Shown: positions 39,411 to 54,765 of the stretch, piece by piece
Numbering within the stretch: position 1 is the first letter of the stretch
How the letters are laid out: every line of letters begins with the position of its first letter
NCBI GenBank assembly: GCA_951406725.2
Contig: OX597830.1
Coordinates: 3,348,001-3,412,000, forward strand
Direction of reading: 5' to 3'
Origin: Octopus vulgaris
Taxonomy: Eukaryota
Length of the DNA: 64,000 bases
Notes under the pieces: model-generated
Told to the model about the DNA's origin: nothing
Databases searched by the model: none
What the model saw: only the letters and a program-made list of their open reading frames with translations
Made by a program: the position numbers and the translations under genes

Positions 39411-42400
39411 TTAAAACACGGAATGTGGATAAAATACCAGGGTGCTACTACATGTGTACACAAAAAAAATAAATTAAGGTATTCTACAAAATATAAAGAG
39501 AGCTCAAAATAATATCACTAAAACTTTGTCAGTCAGGTGTGATTGGTTTGATTGTGGATCGCTAAATGTTTGGGTTGATGTTTTTTTTGCTGTTGTGCTT
39601 TTTATGTTGTAAAAAGAAATAAAAAATCCAAACTAAAATGGAATTAATTTCTAATTGAAAGTTAATTTTATTCTCACAAAAGAACTGTTTTATCAGTGTT
39701 TTGTGAAGAAAATGAGTGGTATCGATTATTGTCAGAGTATGAGGACGTCATGGTTAAGAGTTTATCTTTAGTAAGACATTTTAAAGCTGTAAATTAATTC
39801 ATTAAACTCTTTTGTTTGTTTGTTTGTTCTTTAAACTGGTAAATTTCTTATCAGAAATCCTCAGAAAACGAGATAAAGAAGATAGAGTATTTCTTCAGAT
39901 GATAAATCTGAAACTTAACCCACTGCTCCAAAGATAAAATCCTCTCCGTGTGAACGGACTTCTGCCCTTTGACTTTGCTTATCATTTTCTAAGTTATCCT
40001 CCTCCACTGCCTCATCATCATCATCATCATCATTGTCATTATCTGCGTCACTATCAACACAATAATCATCATTTGTAAATCCTTTTTTCTATGCTGTCAT
40101 GGGTTGCACAGCATTTTGCCACATGTTGGAATCCCATGAGTTCTTCTTGGTGTGATGCAGCCCCTTGACAAGCATTTGTACCATTTTGGCCTACTTGCCT
40201 TTGGTTATCGTCTTCTGTTAATTCTTCCCACTTGAATCACTTCTCACTTCTTTACTCGACACATCATATATCAATACCAGCTCAGTCCTCTTTCTTACAT
40301 ATTGCATTTTGATATAGATTAGAATAGCTTATGTTCTAAAATTATAAACATAGGAACAGGAACTCAGATATGGAATGGTCTCTGACCACTTTTAGAACCA
40401 GGACTAAGGAAATAAGAGGAAACTCAATAAAGTGTGTGGACAAGATTGGCTGGAACTTGGTCAAATGTGACCAATAGAAAATAATACGTTTTCATAAATT
40501 TATTTAATTTAGAAAAATATTTTTTACTCATCTGAACAGAGTGTAATTTATATAAACCAATGTAGGAGACTTTTTAGGAGAAGAGACACTTGACTGACTA
40601 AAAACAACTGCTAATTCTCTTCAAAACTAATTTTGAAATTTTGAAAATAGAACAAATTGGATAAGAAGTCTTAGATACACTATTCCAGACAAAAGAATTA
40701 GCTAATCCCAGCTGGAAGGTCTTTGATTTACCTACTTAGAGCTTATCTGGGGAAGAAACAACAAAGATAACATGAAATCAAATTTGCAATATCTTTATTT
40801 ATGAATTTGATTGCAACCATTCAATAAATGTTTTAATTTTTTTTAAAATATTTCTTTCTTAGTTAAAATAATATTCTAAATATGAGAGGCAATTTTTATC
40901 TTTGAAGACAATTTTACAGTTCTTAAAATAACAAGTTAATTAGGTTAATGAGCCAGAGACATCATTTGTATGACAAAATATAGCCAAGTTAGGGTTAATA
41001 TATCTAATACAATTGCTTCTAATTCCTGCAACAATTTTGAGGTGCAAAAGGTAAGTTAATATCATCAACCCCTCTGCTTGAATAGTTCTTTATTTTATTG
41101 ACCTCAAAAAAAAAAAAAAAAAAAATTAAAGGCAAAACTGAACTCAGAATGTAAATAAGAAGAAATGTCTCCTTCTTGAGCCATACCTACTCTTAAAGGT
41201 CAGCTTCCTGGTTTCAGTGGCGTATATATTCCCCACCTGGATGGGACACCAGTCCCTCACAGGATTATTACCTATTTTTGCCAGCTGAGTGGACTGGAGC
41301 AATGTGAAATGAAGTGTTTTGCTCAAGAACACAATGCATCAAAATATCTCATTCGAGATAATTATATAGAGAGGAAAAGATGACAATGGTTAATAATATT
41401 TCATTTTAGCAAATGTGGCAGACAACTCTTGACATGTTCCAGTGTTATTACACCTCTCAACAGATCTTAGACTTTGTTATGTTTGATAAAGTAATGATGT
41501 AAGAATCAGTAAACAGATGTGTACCAGTGTATATGAGTGGATGTGAAGAAATAGTATTTCTAAAAAAAATAGATTAGTCAGTTGAACTATTCATCGATGT
41601 CATCTGCAACAAAATGCAACAGTCAAGTTAGTGTTAGCATATTTAATGTAATGAGAATTAAATACCTCAATAGAAACAATTATGTGATGGAGATAAAAAA
41701 CAATATCAACTTAGTGAGTATTATTATTTCATTCATTTTGTAGTGCTCCTTTCAGTATCTACTCTGAAATTCATGCTTTGCTGATAAGGTCTAATAACAT
41801 TGAAACAAGTTGTTGCCCTTTAATTGTCAAAATGTCATAAAATAATATAATTCACTGAGCTAATGTTGTCTTATCCATGTCACATAATTGGTTCTAAATA
41901 GATTACTTTACTTTCTCTCCTTCAAATATGTTAACATTCACTAAACACTTCCCTTTTGTAACCTGGAACAAAACTAAAATATTTCAAGTATAATCTAAAA
42001 CAAAAAACTAAAGAAAAAATGTCTAATATAAGATTTAGCTAAATATTGCTTAAATTTCAAAAGTGCTGAAATTAAGCCCTTAAATTGCTTTCTTCATTCT
42101 CTTTTGCTAACAGTTTTCTATGTTTGCCTTGTCTTTGGTAATTTGAATATTTATATAATTATCAGTGTGATCACCTTTATTTACAATATAACTAATTACT
42201 CTAGACACTCAATTTTGTTTTCCTCTTTGAAATATTTTAAAACATACTTTACATGTTATAAAATCTATTTTACATTTTTAAAACATTAAAAAATCATTTT
42301 ACACTTTTTACAAGATAATTTAATTTAATTATTCATATAATATACACAGTGTATCTAATTATGTCTTCTCTTTGGTTCTAAAAACACACTATCCAACAAT

Positions 42401-43650
42401 TTATTTTTATAATACATAAAACCATTAGTTACAGCCAAATTGAATAGGAGGCCTTTGCATGAATTATTTAAATATGGGAAGAAAGCAACTATTTAAAGGA
42501 AGATGCTGATTCTCAAAGCTATAATCCATGAAAATCAATGATCATCTTTTTTTAATACATAAATTATTGATCTGAAAATGGAATCTTTATTTACTGAAAT
42601 ATGGTAGTGGCCAGGTTCCACTCTTCTTTAATAGAATGCTTACCACATGTTGAATATCCAAAATTATGGACATGTAGTGTAGGTAAATGCAAATTCAATA
42701 ACTATTTATCAGCTCTTCAGATATCTGTGATTCTCTGATGCATTCATATGGAAGACTGCATTGTGCTAACGCTGGGAAGAATATTTTACTTAGATCCATT
42801 CCAATGGAAGCCAAAAGAATGGCCAGAGCAGCAGATAGAAACACTATGAAATACTCATATTTTGAATTTGCTTCGTTAATAGAATATGCGAAATACGACA
42901 GATTTAGAAAATGTTTGAAAATTAGTAATTAAATTCTCATGATAATAGAAAAAAAATAACCTCTACTTAAAAATATGTAACACTCTGTAGAGAGACCTTA
43001 TTACAACAGGATTGTGTGTCATCATCATCATCATCATCATCATCATCGTGCATAATAATTTATTTGGAAAGTACTTCTTTTATAAATAGCAACTCTTAAG
43101 TACAACTAACAAAGGAGCTACTACATGGATGTTTGAACTGCTAGAAACATCAGTAAATCTCACTCAAATCCTAAACCACTTTTATCTAAGAAATATATAA
43201 AATCAACATGGTCAAGTCTTCGTACACAGGAATTACCTGGGGGTTAAACAACAACTATTTTCAATTTTGCCATACCTTAACTGAAAAAACAAACTGGTAT
43301 CTTATTGGCATTCGTTTCACCAACTCAAAGACTTTCAACATGAGAATTTCTGGGTTACTGACGATGGAATCATTGTTGAACTTGTTTATTAGTGTTTCAA
43401 TTGTCTGGTCAACAGAATGGCACACCTGTTGAAATAGCTGGCTGACTATTTCACAGAATGGAATTAAAAGAGAGAGTCAGCATAGCAGCATGTGACAAGG
43501 CTGATCCTTTAGCTTAGAGCTACATTCCACACAAAGAGCTTCTACAGAATTTACCTCACAAAGCTTGAGTCACCTGAAACTATTGTAAGGGACACTGCCT
43601 CAAGATACCACACAGAATGATCAAAGAAATGGATGTTCAATACCATTTAA

Positions 43651-43863
43651 CCCTTTAACATTAAGATTACACTCTCAATGCTTACTTATTCACCTTCTTT
43701 CAATTAATCATGCCTTATTTCCAAACTTTGAGATTTTGACTATGGGATTGCTTATCTTTAAAATGACATTGTCGGTTAAGTGTAAGTGGTTGGATCTGAT
43801 TAGATTGGGCATTAAACAGGCAGGATAATTTGGCTGGATTCAGCAAGCTTTACTGCTAAAGAG
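43651..43863. mobile_element. Decayed piggyBac-type MITE (related copy at ~20482-20704, opposite orientation)
   Basis: TTAA|CCCTTTAACA ... TGCTAAAGAG|TTGA. Confidence 0.6.
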
Positions 43864-44611
43864 TTGACTCAATGAATTGTAGTTTGTATCTAATAAAAAT
43901 ATGACAGAATATGAAACCAAATAATTTTAGAGCATCATAGGAACAATTTTGGGATATGTCCCTTTATGTTAGGGTTGTGTTGTGGTTGTGTTCTTTTATA
44001 TATTCCTTTATGTTATGAGTATGTTGTAGTTATTGTTCTTTATTAAAATTTGAATCCTATCAACGTCAACTCTTCCATTTCTGCTACGGAGGTCAATAAA
44101 ATATCTGACAAATTATTCAAATTAATGAGTTATAAACGATGTAATCGATCTAATTAACTATACTGTTTAAGGTCGGACCCCAGCTTGGCCACAGTCAGTT
44201 GAATGAAAGGGAATAAAAGAATTGAAGAATATCAGTTATTTCATTTTCAGAACTGGTGTACGATACAAACACAAACTAATCAGTCTTATTAAGTTTCCAG
44301 AGAGAAAGGAGGATCTTTACCAATTTTTATATTTCCTGAGGCTACTGGCATCATACGGGAAATGAGAAAGACACATTAATAATCAGAATAATATCAAGAT
44401 TTTGGTCTGCTGGAAGCTCACCTCCTTACACTTGAAATACCAATCATTATATTTGAAAAAAAAAATATGAAAGTTTCTGATGATTAAATTGAATGATTTA
44501 GAAAATGGAAAATCCCAAACCCAGCAGGGGGAGCTGACCTGAGCAAAGATAAAAGATGATTAGAACAGATACTTGTTCATCCCTATCATTCGTATATAAA
44601 TACATATACAT

Positions 44612-44646
<35 letters not shown>

Positions 44647-44704
44647 CATACACACACACATAAACATATATATATATACATGTGCATATATATATATGTA
44701 CATA

Positions 44705-44751
<47 letters not shown>

Positions 44752-47700
44752 TTACATGTATATATGTGTGTGTATATATAACATATATGTATGTATATGC
44801 ATGTATGGATATATGTGCATGCACACGCATGTGTGTGTGTGTAAAGAGATTCAATTAAATGAAAATGGCAGCCTCTGTATACGAAAGATTTTACAGTTGA
44901 AATGAGAAAAGCTAATTAAATTAAATAAAGTATAAAGATGGTATGATATTCGTCATTCCATTCAGCTTCATCTTCACTAATGAAAGAATGTAGCAGACAA
45001 CAAGCAAACTCAAAGGATTGCTAGAGTGCTGGATAGAATGCCTTGTGGTATTTGTTTGGGATTTCTGCCTTCTGTGTTCAAATCCTGCCATGGTTCACTT
45101 TGCTTTTAATTCTTTCAGGATCAGTTAATAAAGGATCGGTCCCTGGTGGTAGATTGAAGGAATTGTTAGTGTATTGGAGAAGATGTGTTGCAGTGTCTCT
45201 TTCTACAGGTTCTGGTCCCACCTCGTCCCCCAAAATCAGTGATGCTTCTGTCAGTGGTTGTGACTGACAGATACCAGCATTAGCAGAAACAACTGTGGAA
45301 AAGGGAAGGAATCACTTGGACAATTCTTGCAAATAATCGAGGATGGTGGAAGTCAAAAATGCTTGTCGGAGTAGATAGATGGAAGCCTGAAATGAGAAAT
45401 GGAATCACTGATTGGAAATAAGTCATTAAGATGAAACTTCATGAAGATATGGTTCAATCAGATAATTGACATCAACAACAATAACAATACCTTTACTACC
45501 ATCACCACCACCTTCACCACTGCCACCCACACCCTCTGCTTCTAGCAACCAGAAGTCATTGTTGCAGGGCTAGAAACAGCTGAGTGAGGTGTATATGTAA
45601 GGGAGTGGAGGATGAAGTGTGGAGGTGGGAAACTCCAACATCAATCAGTTGGGTTCCTTATTTTGGATGTAATCTAGGATGCTCGTAAATACAGCAACAG
45701 CATCTCAGATGTAAGATCGATATTTCATTGTGGGGTCTGCTTTTAATTTTTGTTGAGGGTCCACAGCTATGAGAGTTGAAGTTTCATCTTTAATTAAACA
45801 AAAGATTCAGAATGTTCCAATACTCGTTTGACCAAAAAGATTCACCAAATCCTAATAAATTTAGGGAAGAAGTCAAAAGCCTTGGCTGAGTTCTTTCAAG
45901 TGATTTAAATTCTGGAGTCATAAATGATTATGGCCCAATCAATATTGTTTTTGGTATTGAAATTGGAAAGAAATCCTAACTTCAAACAGTTTCTGACTCA
46001 ACTTGGAATCATTAGATTATTACAAGATTTATTCTTTTGTGAACTGCTATATATAGTTGTTATATTTGCTATATTTAACAAAATATTAAAAATCTATACA
46101 CACTGGTTCCACCTTCAAGAACAAAGCCAATAACAACATTGAAGTGAAATGTACATGTTGCCATAATCCCCATCATTGTCATCATCATCATCATTATCAT
46201 CATCAATTTTTACATCTGTTTCTTGTTTTGCAGGTAGGAGTTAGACAAGTCTTTTCTCACACAGTTTCACACCAGCTTCCACTCCCCTTTCTTGTCTCTT
46301 TTGTGCAATTTAGCCAAACAGATCAACCCACAACACATCCTCTTACGTTTTTCTCAGTCTACAAGATCTTTCTACTTAGTTTACTTGTTGTTTCTTTACT
46401 CAACCTCCATCCTTCATGCACATCACATTAGTTAAGTGTATCCCCTTGCATAATATGTCGGAATCCTCTCCTCCATGTTTGTCCTCTCAGCTCATTTCTG
46501 ATCCATTATTCATCCACACTAACACTGCATAACCCGTAGAACATGTCTGTTTCATTTATCCCTTGTCTTCATAAACCCACCACCTGAGAGACACCTACTT
46601 CCATACAAAATTCCTACCTGAACATGTAACAAACTTTCACCTTGCTAGTAGTATCTGCACAAGAATTCTACATCCACCACAAGCCATTCATCCACCTCAG
46701 CCCTCCTTTGTGAAGCCCACTGTAAAAGGCCCCTCTCTAGTTCTGTTGGATTGCTTTTTGCTGAGAATGTCTCCCACAGCAATTTCACAGTGAAGAGGGT
46801 GTATAACAATTTCTTACAATAACGGTCATTCATTATATGAATGTGAAGGTTGCTCGTTTCAGGTGAGGTTACAATTCAAAACAAGATATTAAATAGATAT
46901 ACAAAAATTACCAGAAAAAATTCAAATGTTAAATAACATGGGAAAAATATTTTTATGCTAGTCACATAATATAACGTCTACAAAGATTTATGATGGCTGC
47001 AGTTTAAAAGGTCAACGATTGCCAGTTGATGCAAGACAAGAAATGGGAGTTTGACTGACTACACAAATATAATAATGTATATAAAGTCTGTGAGTCTAGT
47101 CAAACCTGAACATCTGCATCAGACAATATATATTATATGACAAGCAAAAGGAATTAAAACAGGAATAAATCTTATAATAATTTTTAAAATTCTCAAAATA
47201 TAAATTATGACCCAGGCTTTGTTCATTCAAATATGTCCGGCAAGAGAAGAATTTGTATGAACACAATGGTTAGAGAAAATTCCGTGCATGGGTCTTAAAC
47301 AAAATTAGTATTACACATTACATTTTCTGTTTAGTAAAAGAGAAAGGAATGTTTAATTGTAATGTAAGAAATGAAAAATAAATTAAAAAAGCTGTCATCT
47401 TACACAAGAGGCAAAGGAGTTTGTCTAGTTTTTCTAAGATGTTAAATGCAATGAAAAAACGATAAGAAAATGTCTTCATATCAGCTACAACATAAATGAC
47501 AAAGAAAAACGTTTGTTCCCAATGCCATTCCTTGCCTGTGTCTTGTCAGCAACTGATTTCTTTTAACTGTGTGGCACCGTGCATTCAATGGTAAAGAGCA
47601 TGGCACCATGTGACAGCATCTCTAGCAGATGTCACAGCAAAATAAGCTGACTAAATTGCATATAGGACAAAACATTAGTTGGGCACCGGGGTATCTGCAG

Positions 47701-49268
47701 TACCCAGCTCCTGGCATCCTGACATTAAGCAAACTGCCTTCCTAATCACATTAAATATATGCTTTTCTACATAGTCTGTTCCACGAATTTGCTGCCCCTG
47801 CACTTGTTTCTTTCTGGAGTATTTCCTTTGTCCCTGTAGCAGTTTATCATCATACTATGATAAGACTATGACACAAGTCATAAGGTTGGATGTCTCCTGG
47901 TATTACCTGAGTGCATATCACTCTTGAAATACCAAATACAGGTGTGGATAGTCCATCCCCTGCTTCACCAGGCATTCTCAGTCTCTCACTGATTATCTCT
48001 GATTATTCTTCTGCCTTCATAGAGTCAATCACAGTTTCGATCCCCTAAACCGGGAACTTCAACAGTTGGTCACTTTGCTCAGTTTCTTTCTCTATGTCTC
48101 TGTCTGTCTCCCCCTCTCTGTCCATCGATCTCTTCATCTGTATATCTCTCTATTCTTACTCTTCAGCCTCTCACAGTTGCATTTCCATGTCTCTTCTTTC
48201 TTGGTGGCAGGACAAGTGTTCTGCTGCCATTCTGTTCACTCTTCTTCCCAACGACATTTTCTTATATAATAAATCAATTAAATACATACGTATACGAATG
48301 AATGTTACATGTGTATGAGAGAGAGAGAAGGGGGAGGAGAGAGAAAGAAAAAAAGAAAGAGAGAGAGAATGAGACTGTGCCTGTATATCTGTGTGTGTAT
48401 GTGTGTGTGAATCTGTGTAGATACAGATACATTACCACACTCAACCTTTTTCTCCCTTTCTCTCTATGAGCCTATACAAAGACACACCCACACACATATA
48501 TATATACATATATATACACACACACACATGTATATACATATACATTCATATACCCCACACACACACACATACACAATCGCATATGTGTGTGTGTGTGTCA
48601 TTGTTTTATGTGTTTTTCTCTTATATTCTTTTTCATTCCTTTCTTTCTCCTCATTCACCTCTTCTCCCTCTCTCCCTCTTTCTCTCACACACTGATCCAA
48701 CTTCTTCTCTTATCTTCCTTCTCTTTCTCCTCCAATCTCCTCCTCCCCCTCTTTCTCCTTCTCTCCCTCCTTCTCTCATATAAAAACTATTTATCTCCTT
48801 TCTCTTTTAGCTTTACACTCATCTGTGTCTTTTTTCTTTCATTACTTTCTCTTCTTATTTATCCATCTTTATCACCTTACCCATATCCTCCACCCCCAGC
48901 TCCTTCCACCTATTTATCCTCACAGTAATTCACCTATCTACTCCAGTCTTCTCTGCAAGCAGCCATTCCAACTAAATTGCATTGCTATCTTTACTCATTT
49001 CCCCATAAAACTCATCTGTCTTTGTTCTGCTTCTCAAAACTGATCTTTTTGTTGTTTTATCTCCATCTCTCTACAAAGTTGCAGGCACAGTCATTTCCTC
49101 ACCACACACACACACACACTCTCTCTCTCTCTCTCTCTTGTTATATGCATGCTGAGGGACGTGCACTGTATGTGTATACATATATATGTTTATATATGAT
49201 ATATATATATATGTATATATATGATATATATGATATATATATGTATATATATGATATATATATGTATA

Positions 49269-49314
<46 letters not shown>

Positions 49315-51296
49315 TACATATATATATGTATATATATTATATATATGTGTATATATTTCCCTGTGTTTGTACATGTATTCATGAGGTATGTGTTGACAAT
49401 TTATGACCACTTGAAATTTGTTTGAAAAGAAATCTATAAATTTATGGCTTTAGTCTAAATGCTAATACCTCAACTGAAACATATTACAAGCTATAAACAT
49501 GTGAATGTGGACAGATAAATCACTGGCTCTGCTTTAGTTTGCAGTGCAGCCTCATTCGTGGCAATTTAACGTGAGTTTGGTATCAACAGAGGAGAAGTTG
49601 AAAATTGTTTCCAGGAAAATTTATAAACATTTTGTAAATAGACGTTTGCTTTCATGTTTTAAGAAAATATAAATAAAAGTTCAATACAGTTAAACAGTTG
49701 TCGGTGAACAGGTACAGAAGAAAAACTAAACAGGATAGTTCTTTACTCAAATTTATTCAAATGAATATCTAATGCTTAAAGAATTTGGCACTGAACAGCT
49801 TTCTGTTGGAATTTAGGACTGGACATGATTTCTTTTGAGACATTTTAGCTCATAGATTCTCAAAGTGGACGCTACTACCCCCCACCCCCTGGTGGGCGTT
49901 GAGAGGGTCCAGGTGGGCGCTGGTGCCTAAGGGTGTGGTGCGAGAGGGGGGACGTTTGAGAAAATGGAGGCATTGGGAAGAAGGCAGTGGATTGGGGAAT
50001 ACTATGAATTTATTATTTTATAGTATTGTATAGAAATTATATAATATTATATTAAATATCAAATGATTCATAATATATATATAAATTAGTAAAATATAAA
50101 ATATTTATTTCTACATAAAAATAGGGGTGAGGGCGCTGAGGATATTATGTGGCCATGAGTGGGGCAGTGACCCCAAATGTTTGAGAATATCTGTTTTAGT
50201 ATACACAGTGAAAAAGAAACCAGACATTTGATGTAGCTGTGTAACCCCATCAAACCCTCCCCACCCACACCTACCTTTGATAATTCTTTGAATGGACATA
50301 TAAAAGGTGATTTATGCTAATACATGTAGTGATCTACATTCACTGGTATTTTATGGTTATTGAAGGGGGTTTGAAAGCCTATACAACCGAACCGGTAGCT
50401 ACATATATTTTCTGTTCTGCCTCTCCATCCTAAACATCTCAGTTAAAAGTTAGCAATTGTGGGATTGTTTGCTTCTTCTAAATAGTCAGTGATGGTTCAA
50501 ACAATACACCCTCTCCCCTTCCCCCACCCAAGGGTTGTACTAAAATTACATGTTGACCCTTCTATTGAAGTTGATTTCACAGTATTTTATCACTTTTGGT
50601 TAAAGCATTTTTTATGTCTCTTTGCTTTGCTATTACAAACTGTCGACAGTTGAAGGTATTTATCTTGCTACCAATTAGCATGGAGGCTCCCTTATCAGAT
50701 CAAAAGCTGTCACCAGTTTTTACAAATTTTGATTAAGGTAACCTTTATTAGTAAAGTTTATCCTAAGTGGTATTTTGGGATTTAAAGACCAAGAAAAGGG
50801 TTTCAAAGCATCAGCTTTTCTTCATCATCAACTGATAAGGGCTTTAGGAACACAAACTATTTCAACTGGTCACCAAATCTCTCTTTCTCTCTCTCTTTCT
50901 TACTTTGTCTTTCTTGCTTTCTCTCTTGCTCTCTCTCCATCTCCATTGCACTCTCTCTCTCCATCTCTCTCCCTTCCTCCCTCTCTTTCATTCTCCCTCT
51001 TCATGTGCCATGGCTACAGGTGTCTCTGATCATGGCCCCCCCCAGACGTATATAGACACAGGGACCCTGAAACTTTTCTTTATGAGATAGAGTTGATGAG
51101 ATCAGTTTTAGTTCATCAGTTGAACTTATTTTATTGATCTCAAATTAATGAGAAACAAAGTTAACCCTGGCAGGTTTAGCACTCAAAATAGAAAACACTC
51201 TACCAAAATACTGCAGTCAATTTTTCGTGTTGATTTATCAATTCTACCATCCACTGCACATGTGTTTATACTAATAATAATAATGATGATGATCCT

Positions 51297-51499
51297 TTCT
51301 ACTATAGGCACAAGGCCTGAAATTGGTGAAGGTCGATCACATCGACCCCAGTCTGTCACTGGTACTTAATTTATCAACCCCCAAAAGGATGAAAGGCAAA
51401 GTCGACCTTGACAGAATTTGAACTCAGAACATAAAGTGGGACAAAATGCCACAAAGCATTTTGCCCAGCATACTAACAATTCTGCCAGCTTGCCACCTC
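51297..51499 (-). mobile_element. SINE family 1 (others at 58261-58463 minus and 59982-60180 plus)
   Basis: Reverse complement of the 17320-17540 type. Confidence 0.8.
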
Positions 51500-51504
51500 A
51501 AAAC

Positions 51505-51559
<55 letters not shown>

Positions 51560-51899
51560 TAATAATAATAATAATAATAATAATGATAATAATAGTAGTA
51601 GTAGTTGTAGTTGTAGTTGTAGTAGTAGTAGTAGTTTCATTACCAAAATGAGAGCAGAACATTCTTTAGAATAATTTGAATCACTTTTCCACGTTCATGA
51701 GACAGAATAAGCTGCATTTGCATCAACGCTTGCCAGAACGAAGAACAGCACCAGAAGCTCTCCATTTCCAACAATGTCATGCAGTTATTTGGGAAAAGTT
51801 TCTTTTTCCGTCCATGGGCCAGTAAGGAGCTTGATTTGTGATGATAGTGAGGGCAATCATCATCATTGTTTAACGTCCGATTTCCATATAGAAAAGGCA

Positions 51900-53600
51900 G
51901 GGATGCATTTGCAAGCTCAAACATCCCACAGCTGACTTCTGATAAATGCAAAACTCCTCTCGCTCACAGCAGATGCACATTCCCTCTTGCTGAAAGTGGG
52001 GATTCGATTCATTTTTGATGACATCAATGATGCTGCTGAAAAACGGCCGATGCCAGTCATTGATGACAGAGAGAGCACCTTCTTCAGTAGTTGCTATATG
52101 TCTGAAACACTTATTTTATTGATCTCAAATTAATGAGAAACAAAGTTAACCCTGGCAGGTTTAGCACTCAAAATATATATTATTCTTGGAACGAAAAGTG
52201 TAGGCATTTTCTCAAAGTCATCAGAGGATATTTCATTGAAATAGTTTTCAAAAACTTTCTCACTTCTCATTTTTGAAAGAGAGTTCTTCAACTTCCTGAT
52301 CAGCTTCAAGCAGTCCCTAGTTGTGCCTGAATGCCATAAGCTACATGCCACAGATTCACATGTTGCAAATACATTCCCAGACACCTTAATATTGTTTCAG
52401 CAGTCATTTGGACAGTGGCCTTTGGTGTTGCTCATAGCAATGCATCATTCAGAAACTCTGGCAAGAAACCCTTAATCTTCTTATAGTTGCTTTACACCTG
52501 TTTCAGTGCTGTTGCTGAAATGCACCAATGAGTTGGATACACAGTTTGCAATATGACCATCTCGCAACAAAGGCTTGACCATTGTGGTTTCCTTTTTGAT
52601 GACTCTTTCAGAAAAATGGCACATTAGTGAACAAAGCCAACTTCATGGAGGACAAGGTCCAGAGAATGGTTTCTGTAATGTGCAAAATATGTACAAGGAA
52701 ACATGTCTTTTAATCTCGTTTGTATACCTGGAATGTTTGTATGCAAGGTATTGGCACCATCAAATGGAAAGCAGCATAATTTTGTGCCAAGTAAAATGTT
52801 TAAGCATCAAAAAACGTCCAGAATAACCTTAGTGTCTCTGAAGAGCAGTCTGGAGGATTATAAAAATTGTGAAAATTGATTCTTGTTCCATCCCAGAGCA
52901 ATCTGTAGTGCCATCACATTTAATACCAATAAACATGGGATCTTCAACTTTTTTTCTGATCTCATGCATGATGTTATGAGTATATACCTATAGGATTTCA
53001 TTTTGTATCATAGCAGATTGGAAATTATCTCAACGTTTAAGCAACTGACTTACTTCTGCACTGCATTCTTCAGCAAGTTTTTTTTTATAAGATATACAAA
53101 GTTTCTTGTGTTATATTCATTCCCTTGTAATGCTAGGCTTTGCCTACCACAGAATCTGACTGCTTTGAAAATAATTTCTAATGCTTGCTAAGCTACTCCT
53201 TGTTACTGAATCAGCTGCTTATTCAGAGTGACGGATACATCTGTCTTTGGCCAAAAGTGCTAACTGCTTTCATATGGCAACCAGAATGCAGCGATTTTTC
53301 GTGTAATGTTGCCCCAGTTTGTACACAAGTCAAGAAGGTAGTTTTCTGAGGCATAACAGCACCATGCTGAATATCATAATGAAGCCACAAGGCTTCCTTG
53401 AACCAGACTGGCAGTATGAGCATTTCTTTACATCTTTGAGAAAGCTGAATATTTTTCCAGGCACAAATTGTTTTTGTGATGGGCAAAATTTCGATGGCAC
53501 TTCTTGAAATGTTGGGAGTTCTTTATCATTAATGTTTTCACTGAATCTCCAAAGATCTTGCATTCTATTGACATGATGCAATACTGAAGAAATCTGAAAT
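51900..53600 (-). mobile_element. Decayed hAT transposase (Tip100/ZMYM1-like group)
   Basis: Minus-strand frames give CDGTTDCSGMEQESI, FDGANTLH..IPGIQTRLK..FP..YFAHYRNHSLDLVL, YPTHW, LSKMRSEKVFENYF, RPFFSSIIDVIKNE...FQQ; many stops and frameshifts. Confidence 0.8.
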
Positions 53601-54591
53601 TTTCTTCACTTTTACTTCTGGTGGACTTGTAAAAAAGGTTAAAAACCACAAAAAGTGGCAGCAGATCAACAATTTCATATTAGAAAAGTAGGGTTTCTCT
53701 TAATTATCTTTTAATAATTCTGCTTGTCATTGCATTCCTTAACCTGTTGGTAAGGCTTTCGCAGGATCAGAGAAAAAGAGGGAGAGAGAAAAAGAGGGAG
53801 GGAGAAAAAGACGAGTGAAGCATCCATGGCTTGCAGTAGAGGGAACATAATTGTAACACTTTCACATCATTAGTTGAAGAGAAGAGAGAAAGAAAAAAGT
53901 GGATAAGGCAAGGAGTGAGACAGAAAGAGGGAGAAAGGAATTAGTTGACGTTATAGGAGGAGATTTAAAAATATAATTTTAGCAGTAAGGTGATGCTCTG
54001 AGGGTGAGGTTAATGAAAGGCATAGAGAAAGAGAGAACGGAGAGAGAGGGAGAGCAGAAGAGAGAGGTGGTGGTGACGATGGTGGTGGCAGTGGGGAAAT
54101 TTTTTTAATTGAACTACGTTTTTTTATATATTCCGTATCACTTAACGCATATTCATAAGTGCAATTCCATGAAATATTCCTGCTTATTTACATGGCAGAC
54201 ATATGCAATTTAACTAAAGGTTGTATCATATGTACAGGATATATTTTTTTTGTTTATGGGGAAAATGGAAAACTAAGAATATTAATTTTATGAGTGTTGT
54301 GTATTAAGTCTATAAAATTGTGCATAAAGTATATAAAGTGTATATATAAAGTAATCATCGTATTCCAATTTCTTTCACTTTTCAATGATTAGCAGATGAG
54401 CAGCAACTATCTTTCCATACAGACACAACACGCGGATATGCTTTCAGGTTTTTTTGGATAAAGTTTTCAGAAATAACCCAATAAGTTTACCATTAATTCT
54501 ATGAAATATTCACACATCCTGTTAGTGAAGTAATAACACGTATTTATATAGTTATGAATATAGATATATATATATGTATATGTGTGTATGT

Positions 54592-54631
<40 letters not shown>

Positions 54632-54656
54632 TAGGCATTAGTATTATTACTATTTA

Positions 54657-54765
54657 AGGCAGCAAACTGACAGAGTCATTAGCACCCTGGGTAAAATGCT
54701 TTGTGGTATTTCATCTGTCACTACATTCTGAGTTCAAATTCCACTGAGGTCGACTTTGCTGTTCA
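54657..54765 (+). mobile_element. 5' half of SINE family 1, interrupted by a LINE fragment
   Basis: SINE head up to GAGGTCGACTTTGC..TTCATC, then an abrupt switch to LINE coding sequence. Confidence 0.7.
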
